Source: a virus
Virus record (IMG/VR): IMGVR_UViG_3300045988_075983
Span: 1 to 47,302 of that record
DNA: 47,302 nucleotides
Reading direction: 5' to 3' (one strand)
A model generated the notes under the pieces. It was given only the letters and a program-made list of their open reading frames with translations, was not told the DNA's origin and searched no databases. Of this stretch, positions 39,011 through 47,167 are shown in pieces (position 1 is the stretch's first letter; each line of letters opens with the position of its first letter). The translations under genes and the position numbers were made by a program.

Positions 39011-39541
39011 TTACCATTCCAGCTTTTCAGCTTCGGGAACTTTCTTTTTAGAATTTTTCTTTATATTATTTAACTCTCTATTATCTAACTTACTATTTTT
39101 GGTTCGTAGTTGACTACTAACCCCACTCGTAGTCAACTTGCCACCCCCTGCGTAGTTGACTACTCCTGCACACTCGCTACTTATTAACCTTAAGTACGAA
39201 TCTCCGAATCCGACATATGTAAATGTTCCATTGCTTTCTTTTTTGCATAGAACGCGGAGAATTCCAAAATGCTCCATTTTCTTGAATCTGTCTGACAACG
39301 CCTGTTTAGAAATATTCAGAATCGGTAAATCTTCTAGCACCTTTTTATAGGTGAAGAAAGCATACTCGTGTGCGCCATCTTTAATTTTGCTCATTTTCGG
39401 ATAGAAGTCCACAAGCCAACGGAGAATTTCTAGGTCTGTGCAATCTATCCGAATTGTTTTGTCTTTTCCGTGCGAATCTTTAACGGTATCAACCATTGAT
39501 AGCACAGCTTCCTGCGAAAACCCGTTGACGAATAATTTCAT
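39011..39541 (-). CDS. Winged-helix-like DNA-binding protein, paralog 2 (short form)
   Basis: It aligns with the N-terminus of the 14193..15212 product and shares an identical 21-nt string (39084-39104 = 14776-14796). Confidence 0.65.
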   Translation of the reverse strand: MKLFVNGFSQEAVLSMVDTVKDSHGKDKTIRIDCTDLEILRWLVDFYPKMSKIKDGAHEYAFFTYKKVLEDLPILNISKQALSDRFKKMEHFGILRVLCKKESNGTFTYVGFGDSYLRLISSECAGVVNYAGGGKLTTSGVSSQLRTKNSKLDNRELNNIKKNSKKKVPEAEKLEW

Positions 39542-39566
39542 AGTTAAGCCCCCTCTCTCACTTCTT

Positions 39567-39842
39567 TTATTTTATTTGAATAAAATGTCCAATGATTTTC
39601 CCGTATTTGTCTTTTTTCGTCAAATCATCAATTAAGCCCATGTTGATAAGAGCTTTCTTATATTTTCTTACTCTTTGTGTGCCCCAGCAAAAAGTATTCT
39701 CTACTTGTTCTGTCGTGCATTTTATTGTATTTGTGCCTTGTTCCTCGGCAATGTACTTGTAATAGGAATACAATGCCATCAGTTCAACATAATGGAACTC
39801 CTTCAAGAATAGTTCCATTGTTTGCCTTGTAATCGTTACCAT
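39567..39842 (-). CDS. Small winged-helix-like protein, first gene of the leftward operon
   Basis: RBS aaggag. The segment CTTEQVENTFCWGTQRVRKYKKALINMGLI is wHTH-like. Confidence 0.55.
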   Translation of the reverse strand: MVTITRQTMELFLKEFHYVELMALYSYYKYIAEEQGTNTIKCTTEQVENTFCWGTQRVRKYKKALINMGLIDDLTKKDKYGKIIGHFIQIK

Positions 39843-39986
39843 GTCGCATCTCCTTGTATAAATATAAAAAGAAAAGCCTGCGGCGATTGCAGTAGTGGAT
39901 GCAACCGTAGCAAGCTCGAAGTCTTATTTAGTTGTATGCGCTTGTTCAGCCCACTACCTCTAAACAAGACTTCTGATAACATCCTT

Positions 39987-40015
39987 ATTATAGCACAGCA
40001 GAATTGCGCTTGCAA
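39987..40015 (-). promoter_or_regulatory. Leftward promoter of the divergent control region
   Basis: On the minus strand: TTGCAA (40010-40015), 17 nt, TATAAT (39987-39992), preceded by TGC. The -35 lies inside the palindrome GCTTGCAAGC. Confidence 0.6.
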
Positions 40016-40049
40016 GCATTATTTTCAAAAAATATTTTCGTGAAAGACA

Positions 40050-40078
40050 TTGACATTCATCCGAAAGAAGCGTATAAT
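40050..40078 (+). promoter_or_regulatory. Rightward consensus promoter of the divergent control region
   Basis: TTGACA (40050-40055), 17 nt, TATAAT (40073-40078). Confidence 0.65.
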
Positions 40079-40144
40079 AAATGTATCGGAAGCGAAAGAA
40101 TCCGAGAAAAAGCGAAACAGCATAAGCAGAAAAGGAGAACGACT

Positions 40145-40510
40145 ATGGACGCAGTTGAATTTTTCAAGACGGTAAACAGATTGTGCAAAAATCAAAGATG
40201 CTGCAAGGAATGCCCCATCCATAAAAATGACGACATGGGCTGCATGGTTAGGGCCGACGACGATTCAATTAAAAGCATCGATGAAACAGTTTCAAAAGTT
40301 GAGCAATGGGCAAAAAGCAATCCAATCAAGACTCGCCAGAGCGAGTTTTTGAAGATGTTTCCAGATGCAGAAACGGATAGAAGCGGGATTCTTATTTTTT
40401 GCCCACGCAAATTTGACCCAGTAAATATAAATAGCGTACATTGCCATAGACATGGGTGTTTGGAGTGTCGTAAAGACTACTGGCTCACGGAGGTAACTGA
40501 CAATGACTAA
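40145..40510 (+). CDS. Cys-rich hypothetical protein
   Basis: ATG 40145 with RBS aaaaggag. The ORF-track start at 40004 lies upstream of the promoter. Confidence 0.6.
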   Translation: MDAVEFFKTVNRLCKNQRCCKECPIHKNDDMGCMVRADDDSIKSIDETVSKVEQWAKSNPIKTRQSEFLKMFPDAETDRSGILIFCPRKFDPVNINSVHCHRHGCLECRKDYWLTEVTDND

Positions 40511-41096
40511 CATTACAACCCTACGTCCCGGCGAGCACTTCATGTTCAAAAACTTTGAGTGGGTCTGCCTTGACCCGAACCACCCTGACGGTGGCCTGTT
40601 AGCAATTATGGCTAAACCTTGGACAAAAGATGTAAAGTTCTGCCCAAGTGATAAATTCACAGACGAAATGGGCAACTGGAATAACTACCGCACCAGTAAT
40701 GTGCGGGGGCTTCTATCTGGTATGGAGAGCGCTGTTTTCGATAGAAAAAGTCTGCTGTCGCATACCGTTGACCTTGTTGCCGACAACGGCGACAGAGCTT
40801 ACGGAACAGTGAAAGACACAGTTTTCATCCTCACTTGTGATGAGTATCGCAAGTACCGCGAGTTCATCCCACACTACAGCGGAGACAGATTTATTTGGAC
40901 TGCCACGCCTTTAGGCTGTGGTGATAAGGATTCCGACGCGGGGGAATCAATCGTCGTTCGCATTGTGAACGACGATGGTCTGCTGTACAACTACGGTGCG
41001 AGCAACGTCGGCGCTGCCGTACCGGCTTGTGTTCTCAATCCAGAATTTCTAAATCTGCGCAAAGACATAGCGTATGTAGAGGATGTATCAGAATGA
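40503..41096 (+). CDS. Hypothetical protein
   Basis: 197-aa ORF that overlaps both neighbouring genes. Confidence 0.6.
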   Translation: MTNITTLRPGEHFMFKNFEWVCLDPNHPDGGLLAIMAKPWTKDVKFCPSDKFTDEMGNWNNYRTSNVRGLLSGMESAVFDRKSLLSHTVDLVADNGDRAYGTVKDTVFILTCDEYRKYREFIPHYSGDRFIWTATPLGCGDKDSDAGESIVVRIVNDDGLLYNYGASNVGAAVPACVLNPEFLNLRKDIAYVEDVSE

Positions 41097-41374
41097 GCAC
41101 AGTAATAGACGAGGATTTCGGAACGATTTGCGTTTGTGCTGTTCGTTACTGCTTCGGCAGACAGACGTATATGCCAAGTCTTGTGCAAGACTTCGTTCGC
41201 AGGAACTTTAAGTATCTCAATGACAACGAACTCCAAGTTATGATTGATGACATCAACTTTGCGGAGCGAATCAACCAGCTTGGCGATGAACGAATTGATA
41301 AACCGGATTGGCTAAAGTTTAGAGAGAGAATCAACTCTGAATTAGAGAAAAGAAAGGCTGAACAAAATGCGTGA
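41093..41374 (+). CDS. Hypothetical protein
   Basis: ATG 41093 overlaps the upstream stop (ATGA). It contains the motif AVRYCFGRQTY. Confidence 0.55.
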   Translation: MSTVIDEDFGTICVCAVRYCFGRQTYMPSLVQDFVRRNFKYLNDNELQVMIDDINFAERINQLGDERIDKPDWLKFRERINSELEKRKAEQNA

Positions 41375-41600
41375 ATCAACAAGAAACACAATTTCGATGC
41401 TTTCCGATATGTGGAAAAGAAACTCGCCTATGGCAGATTTTGACGCATTTGCGCTTGTATGCGAGATTGCTGACGCTTACCATAATGACACAGTTTCCGC
41501 GGAGTCCTGTATGGATGAGATTCTTGCGCTTGTAATTGCGAAGGATATTAGCACAAAGGAACGCTTTGACAATATGCAAAAGGTGATTTCAAGTGAGTAA
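41367..41600 (+). CDS. Hypothetical protein
   Basis: 77-aa ORF with coupled start and stop codons. Confidence 0.5.
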   Translation: MRESTRNTISMLSDMWKRNSPMADFDAFALVCEIADAYHNDTVSAESCMDEILALVIAKDISTKERFDNMQKVISSE

Positions 41601-42231
41601 AAAGACAAGCAAAGTTCAGTTTGACGAAGCAACTCACACTTACACGCTGGATGGCGTAGAGTTGCCGAGTGTGACGCATATCATCCGTTATCTTGCAGTT
41701 GACAAGGCAAACAATGCAGACCCTAACATGGCACTGATAGCACGAGAGCGCGGCTCTGCGGTGCATGAAGCGACAGTAATGTATGATTACTCCGGCAAGA
41801 TTCCAGACGATTTTCCGGCTGAATACGCGCCGTATCTGGAAGCCTATGTGCAGTTTGTGAGAGACTATAAACCCGATTGGGAACTTATTGAGCACCAAAT
41901 GGGAAATGCGACTCTAAGATTTGCCGGGACGCTTGATAGGTTTGGAGTCATTGACGACAAGTGGTGCATACTTGATATTAAGACGAGTTACAAGGTTGAT
42001 GTTCCGAGCCTGTCTGCACAGCTTGCAGCTTATCATGACCTGCTGTTAAACGAGCAGTTTGAAAGGCTGGAAAACGCAAATATTCGGCATCTCGGACTTC
42101 AGCTTATGCGCACTGGAAAATATCGTTTGTATGAAACCGACTACGAAAAAGGCTGTGACCTGTTTTATAGCTGCCGTAGGATTTACAAGACAACGGAGCA
42201 GATGAAAGGAGTTTGGTATGCAGTCAAGTGA
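41593..42231 (+). CDS. PD-(D/E)XK exonuclease (Cas4/RecB-family, lambda-exo-role)
   Basis: H.Y..DG..LPSVTHI at the N-terminus, then GTLDRFG...ILDIKTS (D...D-x-K). GTG start with RBS aaggtga. Confidence 0.7.
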   Translation: MSKKTSKVQFDEATHTYTLDGVELPSVTHIIRYLAVDKANNADPNMALIARERGSAVHEATVMYDYSGKIPDDFPAEYAPYLEAYVQFVRDYKPDWELIEHQMGNATLRFAGTLDRFGVIDDKWCILDIKTSYKVDVPSLSAQLAAYHDLLLNEQFERLENANIRHLGLQLMRTGKYRLYETDYEKGCDLFYSCRRIYKTTEQMKGVWYAVK

Positions 42232-42937
42232 AATTAAAGTCTTAGTGGCTTGTGAGGAATCGCAAGCGGTCTGCAAGGCGTTCCGAGAACGCGGGTTTGA
42301 AGCGTATTCTTGTGACATTCAAGAGTGTTCTGGCGGTCATCCAGAGTGGCACATTTGCGGTGATGCACTAAAGGCTATGATGGGTGGGCAAATCGTAACG
42401 CAAGACGGAAAGGAACACTTTGTTGATAAGTGGAACTTAATGATTGCGCACCCGCCTTGCACATATCTGTCAAATGTTTCTACTAAACATTTTTCTTTGC
42501 GTTGCACATCAGCAGAAAAAGTTGTTGACAGGTGGAAGAACAGAGCGGAAGCAGCAGTGTTTTTCATGTATTTCGTACTTGCTCCGATTGAGCATATTGC
42601 AGTTGAAAATCCGGTTGGGTTTATGAATGTGGCATACAGAAAAGCAGACCAAATCATTGACCCGTATATGTTTGCTGAAAGCGTTAATGATGAGAAGAAT
42701 TATGTCACAAAACGAACTTGTTTATGGTTAAAAAAACTTCCGCCGTTAAAGCGAACAAACGACTTGCAAAAGCCAAATAATGCAGAATTGTATGGTAGGT
42801 TTCCGAGCGGAAAAGCAAAAACATGGGAAGACCAGACACATGGCGGGAAGGCAAGAAGCAAGACATTCCCAGGAATTGCCGCCGCAATGGCAGAGCAGTG
42901 GGGAGATTATTTACTAAGTACAAGCAAAGGAGACTAA
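42218..42937 (+). CDS. Phage DNA cytosine-methyltransferase-like protein
   Basis: VLVACEESQAVCKAFRERGFEAYSCD...MIAHPPCTYLS...ENP...RSKTFPGIAAAMAEQW matches a phage family usually annotated as C5-MTase. No classical FxGxG motif is visible. Confidence 0.5.
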   Translation: MQSSEIKVLVACEESQAVCKAFRERGFEAYSCDIQECSGGHPEWHICGDALKAMMGGQIVTQDGKEHFVDKWNLMIAHPPCTYLSNVSTKHFSLRCTSAEKVVDRWKNRAEAAVFFMYFVLAPIEHIAVENPVGFMNVAYRKADQIIDPYMFAESVNDEKNYVTKRTCLWLKKLPPLKRTNDLQKPNNAELYGRFPSGKAKTWEDQTHGGKARSKTFPGIAAAMAEQWGDYLLSTSKGD

Positions 42938-42939
42938 AC

Positions 42940-43671
42940 ATGAGTGAAGAACTTGTGAAATCCAGTGGGGTTGAATTGCAGCCCTGTTCCGCAAAGACAG
43001 ACCATGAGAACTATCGCCTTACGATTGGCTCTAAGTCAATTTTACTGCGCCGTAACACAGAGTTCGGCAAATATGGAAAGGCAAACAAGCCGTCGCTCCT
43101 AAAGGCTGGCGCAGAGAAGATTCTGCTCGAATATGGCATCACGACAAAGTTCTTTATTGAGAACGCGGTAGAGCATTTTGGCGAAGATGGAAGCGCGCCG
43201 TTTTTCTTCTATCGTGTTCGCGGCGAGTTCTGGAAAGGCGACACGCTGATTACAACTACTGTTGCAAGCGCAAACAGCAATGAATCCGCTTGCGGTAGAG
43301 CAAGCAAGTTTGACGTGGCTAATCAGCGCTTGAAGATTGCTCGCAAACGCGCCCTTGTTGATGGCGCAATTCTTATCGCTGGAATTGGCGGGCTGTTTAC
43401 GGCTGACCTTGAAGATTCCACTCTCGAAACTACCGACTTTCAAGATGTTGCCCGCGCCGTTACTCGTCCTGATGACCTTATCAGTGCAAAGCAAGTTAAG
43501 CGTCTGTACACTCTCTGCTCCCGCAACAGCGTTGATTCCGACACTGCCGCAAAGGTTATCGCTGACGCTGGTTATAGTTCTGCAAAAGAGATTAAGCAGA
43601 AAGATTATGATGCAATCTGCAACAAGATTGAATCTTTTTCTGAAACCGTTGAGGGAGAAGTCGTTAAGTAA
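42940..43671 (+). CDS. Single-strand annealing protein candidate
   Basis: Position between the exonuclease and SSB. It contains the motif NQRLKIARKRALVDGAILIAG. ATG 42940 has RBS aaaggag. Confidence 0.4.
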   Translation: MSEELVKSSGVELQPCSAKTDHENYRLTIGSKSILLRRNTEFGKYGKANKPSLLKAGAEKILLEYGITTKFFIENAVEHFGEDGSAPFFFYRVRGEFWKGDTLITTTVASANSNESACGRASKFDVANQRLKIARKRALVDGAILIAGIGGLFTADLEDSTLETTDFQDVARAVTRPDDLISAKQVKRLYTLCSRNSVDSDTAAKVIADAGYSSAKEIKQKDYDAICNKIESFSETVEGEVVK

Positions 43672-43688
43672 AAGTTAGGAGTTGTCTT

Positions 43689-44015
43689 ATGCGCGTTAAA
43701 GTTAGAGCAACCACTTCATGGTTTGGTAATGGGGACGAAATAATTGAGAAGTATCCATTCCTCAAAGACCCTCGTTTCAAACTTGAACGTGTCGCAACCG
43801 GCGAAAAGAGAGAATTTTTTGATTGCAAGTTAGGAAAATGGAGCACTCGAGATGTAAGCACTCTTTACGTCACAATCAACAAACTCGAAGATTTTCAATA
43901 TTTCGTTGAGATGGTAAAGAAAACAAATGAAGATGTCTATAACGGGCAGACAATTTTCATGGTTGACGATGACAATAATTGGGAGTTAGAAATCTACGAT
44001 GGCTATCGTGGATAA
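43689..44015 (+). CDS. Hypothetical protein
   Basis: RBS taggag. 108 aa. Confidence 0.55.
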   Translation: MRVKVRATTSWFGNGDEIIEKYPFLKDPRFKLERVATGEKREFFDCKLGKWSTRDVSTLYVTINKLEDFQYFVEMVKKTNEDVYNGQTIFMVDDDNNWELEIYDGYRG

Positions 44016-44037
44016 ATTTAAGCAAGGAGATATAACT

Positions 44038-44454
44038 ATGATTAAAGTTGGCAACACTTACCGGCTATTCCGGGTTAAGCAGTATATGAGCAAGAAAGGA
44101 AATCCGTATGTCCGTGCAAGTTTGAGCGATTCAGTTCGTCAGCAAGACGGCACTTACAAGGATTTTGGCTGGTATCAGGTCACAATCTTCAATAATGTTG
44201 ACGAAATCGTCAATGCAGGTCGAATCAAGATTACTGCGATTAACAGCATTGAACACGCTATCAACGATTACAACGGCAAGCGCTATGAGAATTACTCGCT
44301 TGTTATTGAGGGAACTGCCGCCGCGAACAGCAGAGGCTGCAAGCCTGATTATGAATCGGCTATGTACGACTACAAGCAGCCTACGCAGGGTGAGAAGAAA
44401 TACGCTCAACCTATGCCGGAAATGCTTCCTGACGATATGGACATTCCATTTTGA
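44038..44454 (+). CDS. ssb: Single-stranded DNA-binding protein
   Basis: OB-fold-sized N-terminus and the acidic C-terminal tip DDMDIPF. RBS aaggag. Confidence 0.7.
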   Translation: MIKVGNTYRLFRVKQYMSKKGNPYVRASLSDSVRQQDGTYKDFGWYQVTIFNNVDEIVNAGRIKITAINSIEHAINDYNGKRYENYSLVIEGTAAANSRGCKPDYESAMYDYKQPTQGEKKYAQPMPEMLPDDMDIPF

Positions 44455-44476
44455 GCGTTGTAACGTAATATTTTTA

Positions 44477-44513
44477 ATGCAGAGCGGAGAAATCTTCTCT
44501 GCATTTTTATTTT
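44477..44513 (+). terminator. Rho-independent terminator
   Basis: 8-bp stem atgcagag / ctctgcat with a 12-nt loop, then TTTTATTTT. Confidence 0.7.
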
Positions 44514-44522
44514 GCAAAACTA

Positions 44523-44551
44523 TTGACAAACGCAGTAAACGGTGGTATAGT
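44523..44551 (+). promoter_or_regulatory. Sigma-70/SigA-type promoter with an extended -10
   Basis: TTGACA (44523-44528), 17 nt, TATAGT (44546-44551), preceded by TGG. Confidence 0.65.
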
Positions 44552-44578
44552 AGAAATATCGAAAGGAGCTGCGTTAAA

Positions 44579-44974
44579 ATGACAAACGAGGAAGCAATCA
44601 AGAAACTTGAAAAAATTCGCAGAGACATTGATGGAATTATCGCAGAGTTAAAAGACGGCAACGCGGAAGTCAAAGTTAAGGAATCAGAGGAAACGAAAGC
44701 TGCGAACGAACTGTTCGACAGGCTGTGGGCGCTTTATCCTCGAAAAGACGGACGAAGCGCTGTAAGCATGACAGCAAAGAAACGGTTGCTCAAAGTTGGC
44801 GAGAGTGCTATGATTGAAGCAATCAACGCTTACAAGGCGACAATCCGTGACCCGAAGTACACGCTCATGGGTTCGACTTTCTTCAATACTCGCTACAAAG
44901 ATTATCTCGGAGTTGAGACGCAGAAGAAAGCACCAATCGTTTACAACGGCGATGTGGCAAGATTGGAGTGGTAA
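44579..44974 (+). CDS. Replication-module protein (possible replisome organiser / DnaD-like)
   Basis: ATG 44579 with RBS gaaaggag. It contains the motif FDRLWALYPRKDG and is the first gene after the promoter, upstream of the loader and helicase. Confidence 0.5.
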   Translation: MTNEEAIKKLEKIRRDIDGIIAELKDGNAEVKVKESEETKAANELFDRLWALYPRKDGRSAVSMTAKKRLLKVGESAMIEAINAYKATIRDPKYTLMGSTFFNTRYKDYLGVETQKKAPIVYNGDVARLEW

Positions 44975-44976
44975 CT

Positions 44977-45255
44977 ATGTTGACAACTATTTATCATGGG
45001 TATATCGGCTTCACAATGACGTTGTTCACTGTTGTCGGAGCACTTTCCGTGTGCGTTATCGCTTGCATTATTCTTGCAATGCTTGCAAATACGCTTCAAG
45101 ACCTTTTAATCGCGTTTAAAGATAACTGGGACGAGTACAGGTTCTTTATATACCATCAAGCTAACTTTGAGTTGTGGCTCGATTCTAATGGCTACAAGAT
45201 GGAGTGGGACGAAGAACATGACAGGGCTAGGTGGGTAAAAGATGACAAGAAATGA
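44977..45255 (+). CDS. Small membrane protein
   Basis: TM segment FTVVGALSVCVIACIILAMLA. RBS ggagtgg. Confidence 0.5.
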   Translation: MLTTIYHGYIGFTMTLFTVVGALSVCVIACIILAMLANTLQDLLIAFKDNWDEYRFFIYHQANFELWLDSNGYKMEWDEEHDRARWVKDDKK

Positions 45256-45520
45256 AGCTGAACAGCTTGTGACAGCTAATCGCTTGCTTTACCCGCTGGA
45301 TTTTTGCCGTTTCTCGGAAAATGACTTTGAGAGCCTTGCGATGCTGTATCATAAAGCTCTTGGAGCGTATGACTTTGAGAGAGTCAAATCTGCGCTTATA
45401 GAGTGTTCTAAGACTTGTCAGCATTGTATTAAGGTGAGCGATTTGTACGCAAAATTAACCCCTTTGCGTGGGCGTGACGCGCTTGCAATGCAACCATTGA
45501 AAAGGAGCGATGAAAAATGA
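45242..45520 (+). CDS. Helicase loader candidate (SPP1 G39P-like)
   Basis: Its size, its position upstream of the DnaB-like helicase and the N-terminal pattern ..EAEQLV...RLLYP resemble G39P. The call is weak. Confidence 0.35.
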   Translation: MTRNEAEQLVTANRLLYPLDFCRFSENDFESLAMLYHKALGAYDFERVKSALIECSKTCQHCIKVSDLYAKLTPLRGRDALAMQPLKRSDEK

Positions 45521-45720
45521 AGTTCAACGGTGTTCCTATCAAATGCGGTGATTTGCATTTTTGGACTATGGTTAATAGAAATGGAGTTGGAAAGCCGCAT
45601 AAACTTGAGAACTTTATGAACGCATTCCCAACGGCAAATATTCTGCAAGTAACCCAATATGTGGCTGGTTCTTGCCTATACACTACAATTTGGTTCGTTG
45701 ATGAAAAGGAGACAAAATGA
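45517..45720 (+). CDS. Hypothetical protein
   Basis: 67-aa ORF with coupled start and stop codons. Confidence 0.45.
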   Translation: MKFNGVPIKCGDLHFWTMVNRNGVGKPHKLENFMNAFPTANILQVTQYVAGSCLYTTIWFVDEKETK

Positions 45721-46964
45721 CACCACTTGATTCCGAAACTGCGATGATTGGCTGTCTACTGGTTCAGCCGTCAATCTGCTGTGATGACACTTTCTCCGAG
45801 TTAAGCGAAGTTATGTTCTCCGATGAAGGTTGCAGAGAGATTTTTAGAATCTGCAAAAATGCCTATCTGGATAAAAACGGCGCTTATGACATTGCAAGCA
45901 TCGCTTCTAAGATGAACACAAATTGCAAGAAGCTGGCAATGAGATACGCGGAAACACTTCCGTCTGTTTCTAACTGGAAGTTATATATGCAGGGCGTGAA
46001 AGACGCTTATGTGACGCGGGAAGCAATCGCAAAGGCAAACGACCTGTTGAATGCCACAGCTTTCGGAAACCCCACTGTTGACGAGTTACAGGTTCTCGCG
46101 GAGAATATTATTAAACCGTTCAATGGGATTAAGGAAGCGGAAAGCACAAACGCAAAGAGTGCAGTTGATATTTTTGAGCAGGAACAGAAACGCTCGCCGG
46201 AATACTTCAAGTTTGGCATTCCGACACTTGATGATTCTTCTTTTGTGGAGGCTGGCGATTTGGTCGTCATTGGTGGCAGACCGTCAGCCGGTAAAACTGC
46301 CGTTAGCATCAACTTCATGATGTACATGGCAAGAAAGCACAAGTGCGTATTCTTTAGCTTTGAGACACGCAAAGAGAAGATTATCGACAGAATGATTGCG
46401 GCTTACTGCGGGATTCCTCTTTCTAACATCAAGCGCAGATGCCTGACAGACGAAGATAAAAAGCGGTGGCGTGAAGCAAAGGCGGAATTTGCTAAGTTGG
46501 ACTTAGAGATTGTGGAATCTGCCGGTCACACTGTAAGATGGGTGCGCAATGAAGCGGTAAAGCGCGGTGCAGAAGTCATCTTTGTTGACTACCTCACAAT
46601 CGTCAAATCGCATGGCAATGGCCGCTACGAAATGACGACAAATGCAATCAACGAACTGCACGTTATGGCGCAGAACGAGAAGATTGTCACAATCGTACTT
46701 GCACAGATTAACCGTCAAGCAGCAGCGCAAGCGCCGACAGTGGCAGAATTGAAAGAGTCTGGCGGCATCGAGGAAGCAAGCGATATGATTATTCTGTTGC
46801 ACAACGCCTATGAAGATGGCTACAAGATGATTCTTGGTAAGAACAAAGAGGGTCGCGTTGGTACAATCGACTGCGTGTTCGATTCCGAAAAGCAGACAAT
46901 CAGAGAACTCGGAGTAGACGAAGATGGTTTTCAAGACTGCTCCGGTCAGCAATTACCGTTTTGA
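45717..46964 (+). CDS. dnaB: Replicative DNA helicase (DnaB family)
   Basis: Walker A GGRPSAGKTAVS, Walker B VIFVDYLT, and QINRQ plus ESGGIEEASD motifs. Confidence 0.85.
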   Translation: MTPLDSETAMIGCLLVQPSICCDDTFSELSEVMFSDEGCREIFRICKNAYLDKNGAYDIASIASKMNTNCKKLAMRYAETLPSVSNWKLYMQGVKDAYVTREAIAKANDLLNATAFGNPTVDELQVLAENIIKPFNGIKEAESTNAKSAVDIFEQEQKRSPEYFKFGIPTLDDSSFVEAGDLVVIGGRPSAGKTAVSINFMMYMARKHKCVFFSFETRKEKIIDRMIAAYCGIPLSNIKRRCLTDEDKKRWREAKAEFAKLDLEIVESAGHTVRWVRNEAVKRGAEVIFVDYLTIVKSHGNGRYEMTTNAINELHVMAQNEKIVTIVLAQINRQAAAQAPTVAELKESGGIEEASDMIILLHNAYEDGYKMILGKNKEGRVGTIDCVFDSEKQTIRELGVDEDGFQDCSGQQLPF

Positions 46965-46975
46965 GGTGAATCGCT

Positions 46976-47167
46976 ATGAAGAAAGCACAGTACAAGAAAA
47001 CGAAAAGCGGCAAATCGTGGGATTTTGAATGGCAGCTTGCAGAGTGCCGCTGGTATTGCCTTATCGCAAACTCTAAGCGCAAGAAGTGGATTAAAGATTC
47101 ACTTACTCGCAGTTATCGAAGAAAGCAAAAACAGGGGAAACTTGATGCAGAACAGGAACAAGAATAA
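46976..47167 (+). CDS. Small basic protein
   Basis: RBS gaggtga. 63 aa, Lys/Arg-rich. Confidence 0.5.
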   Translation: MKKAQYKKTKSGKSWDFEWQLAECRWYCLIANSKRKKWIKDSLTRSYRRKQKQGKLDAEQEQE

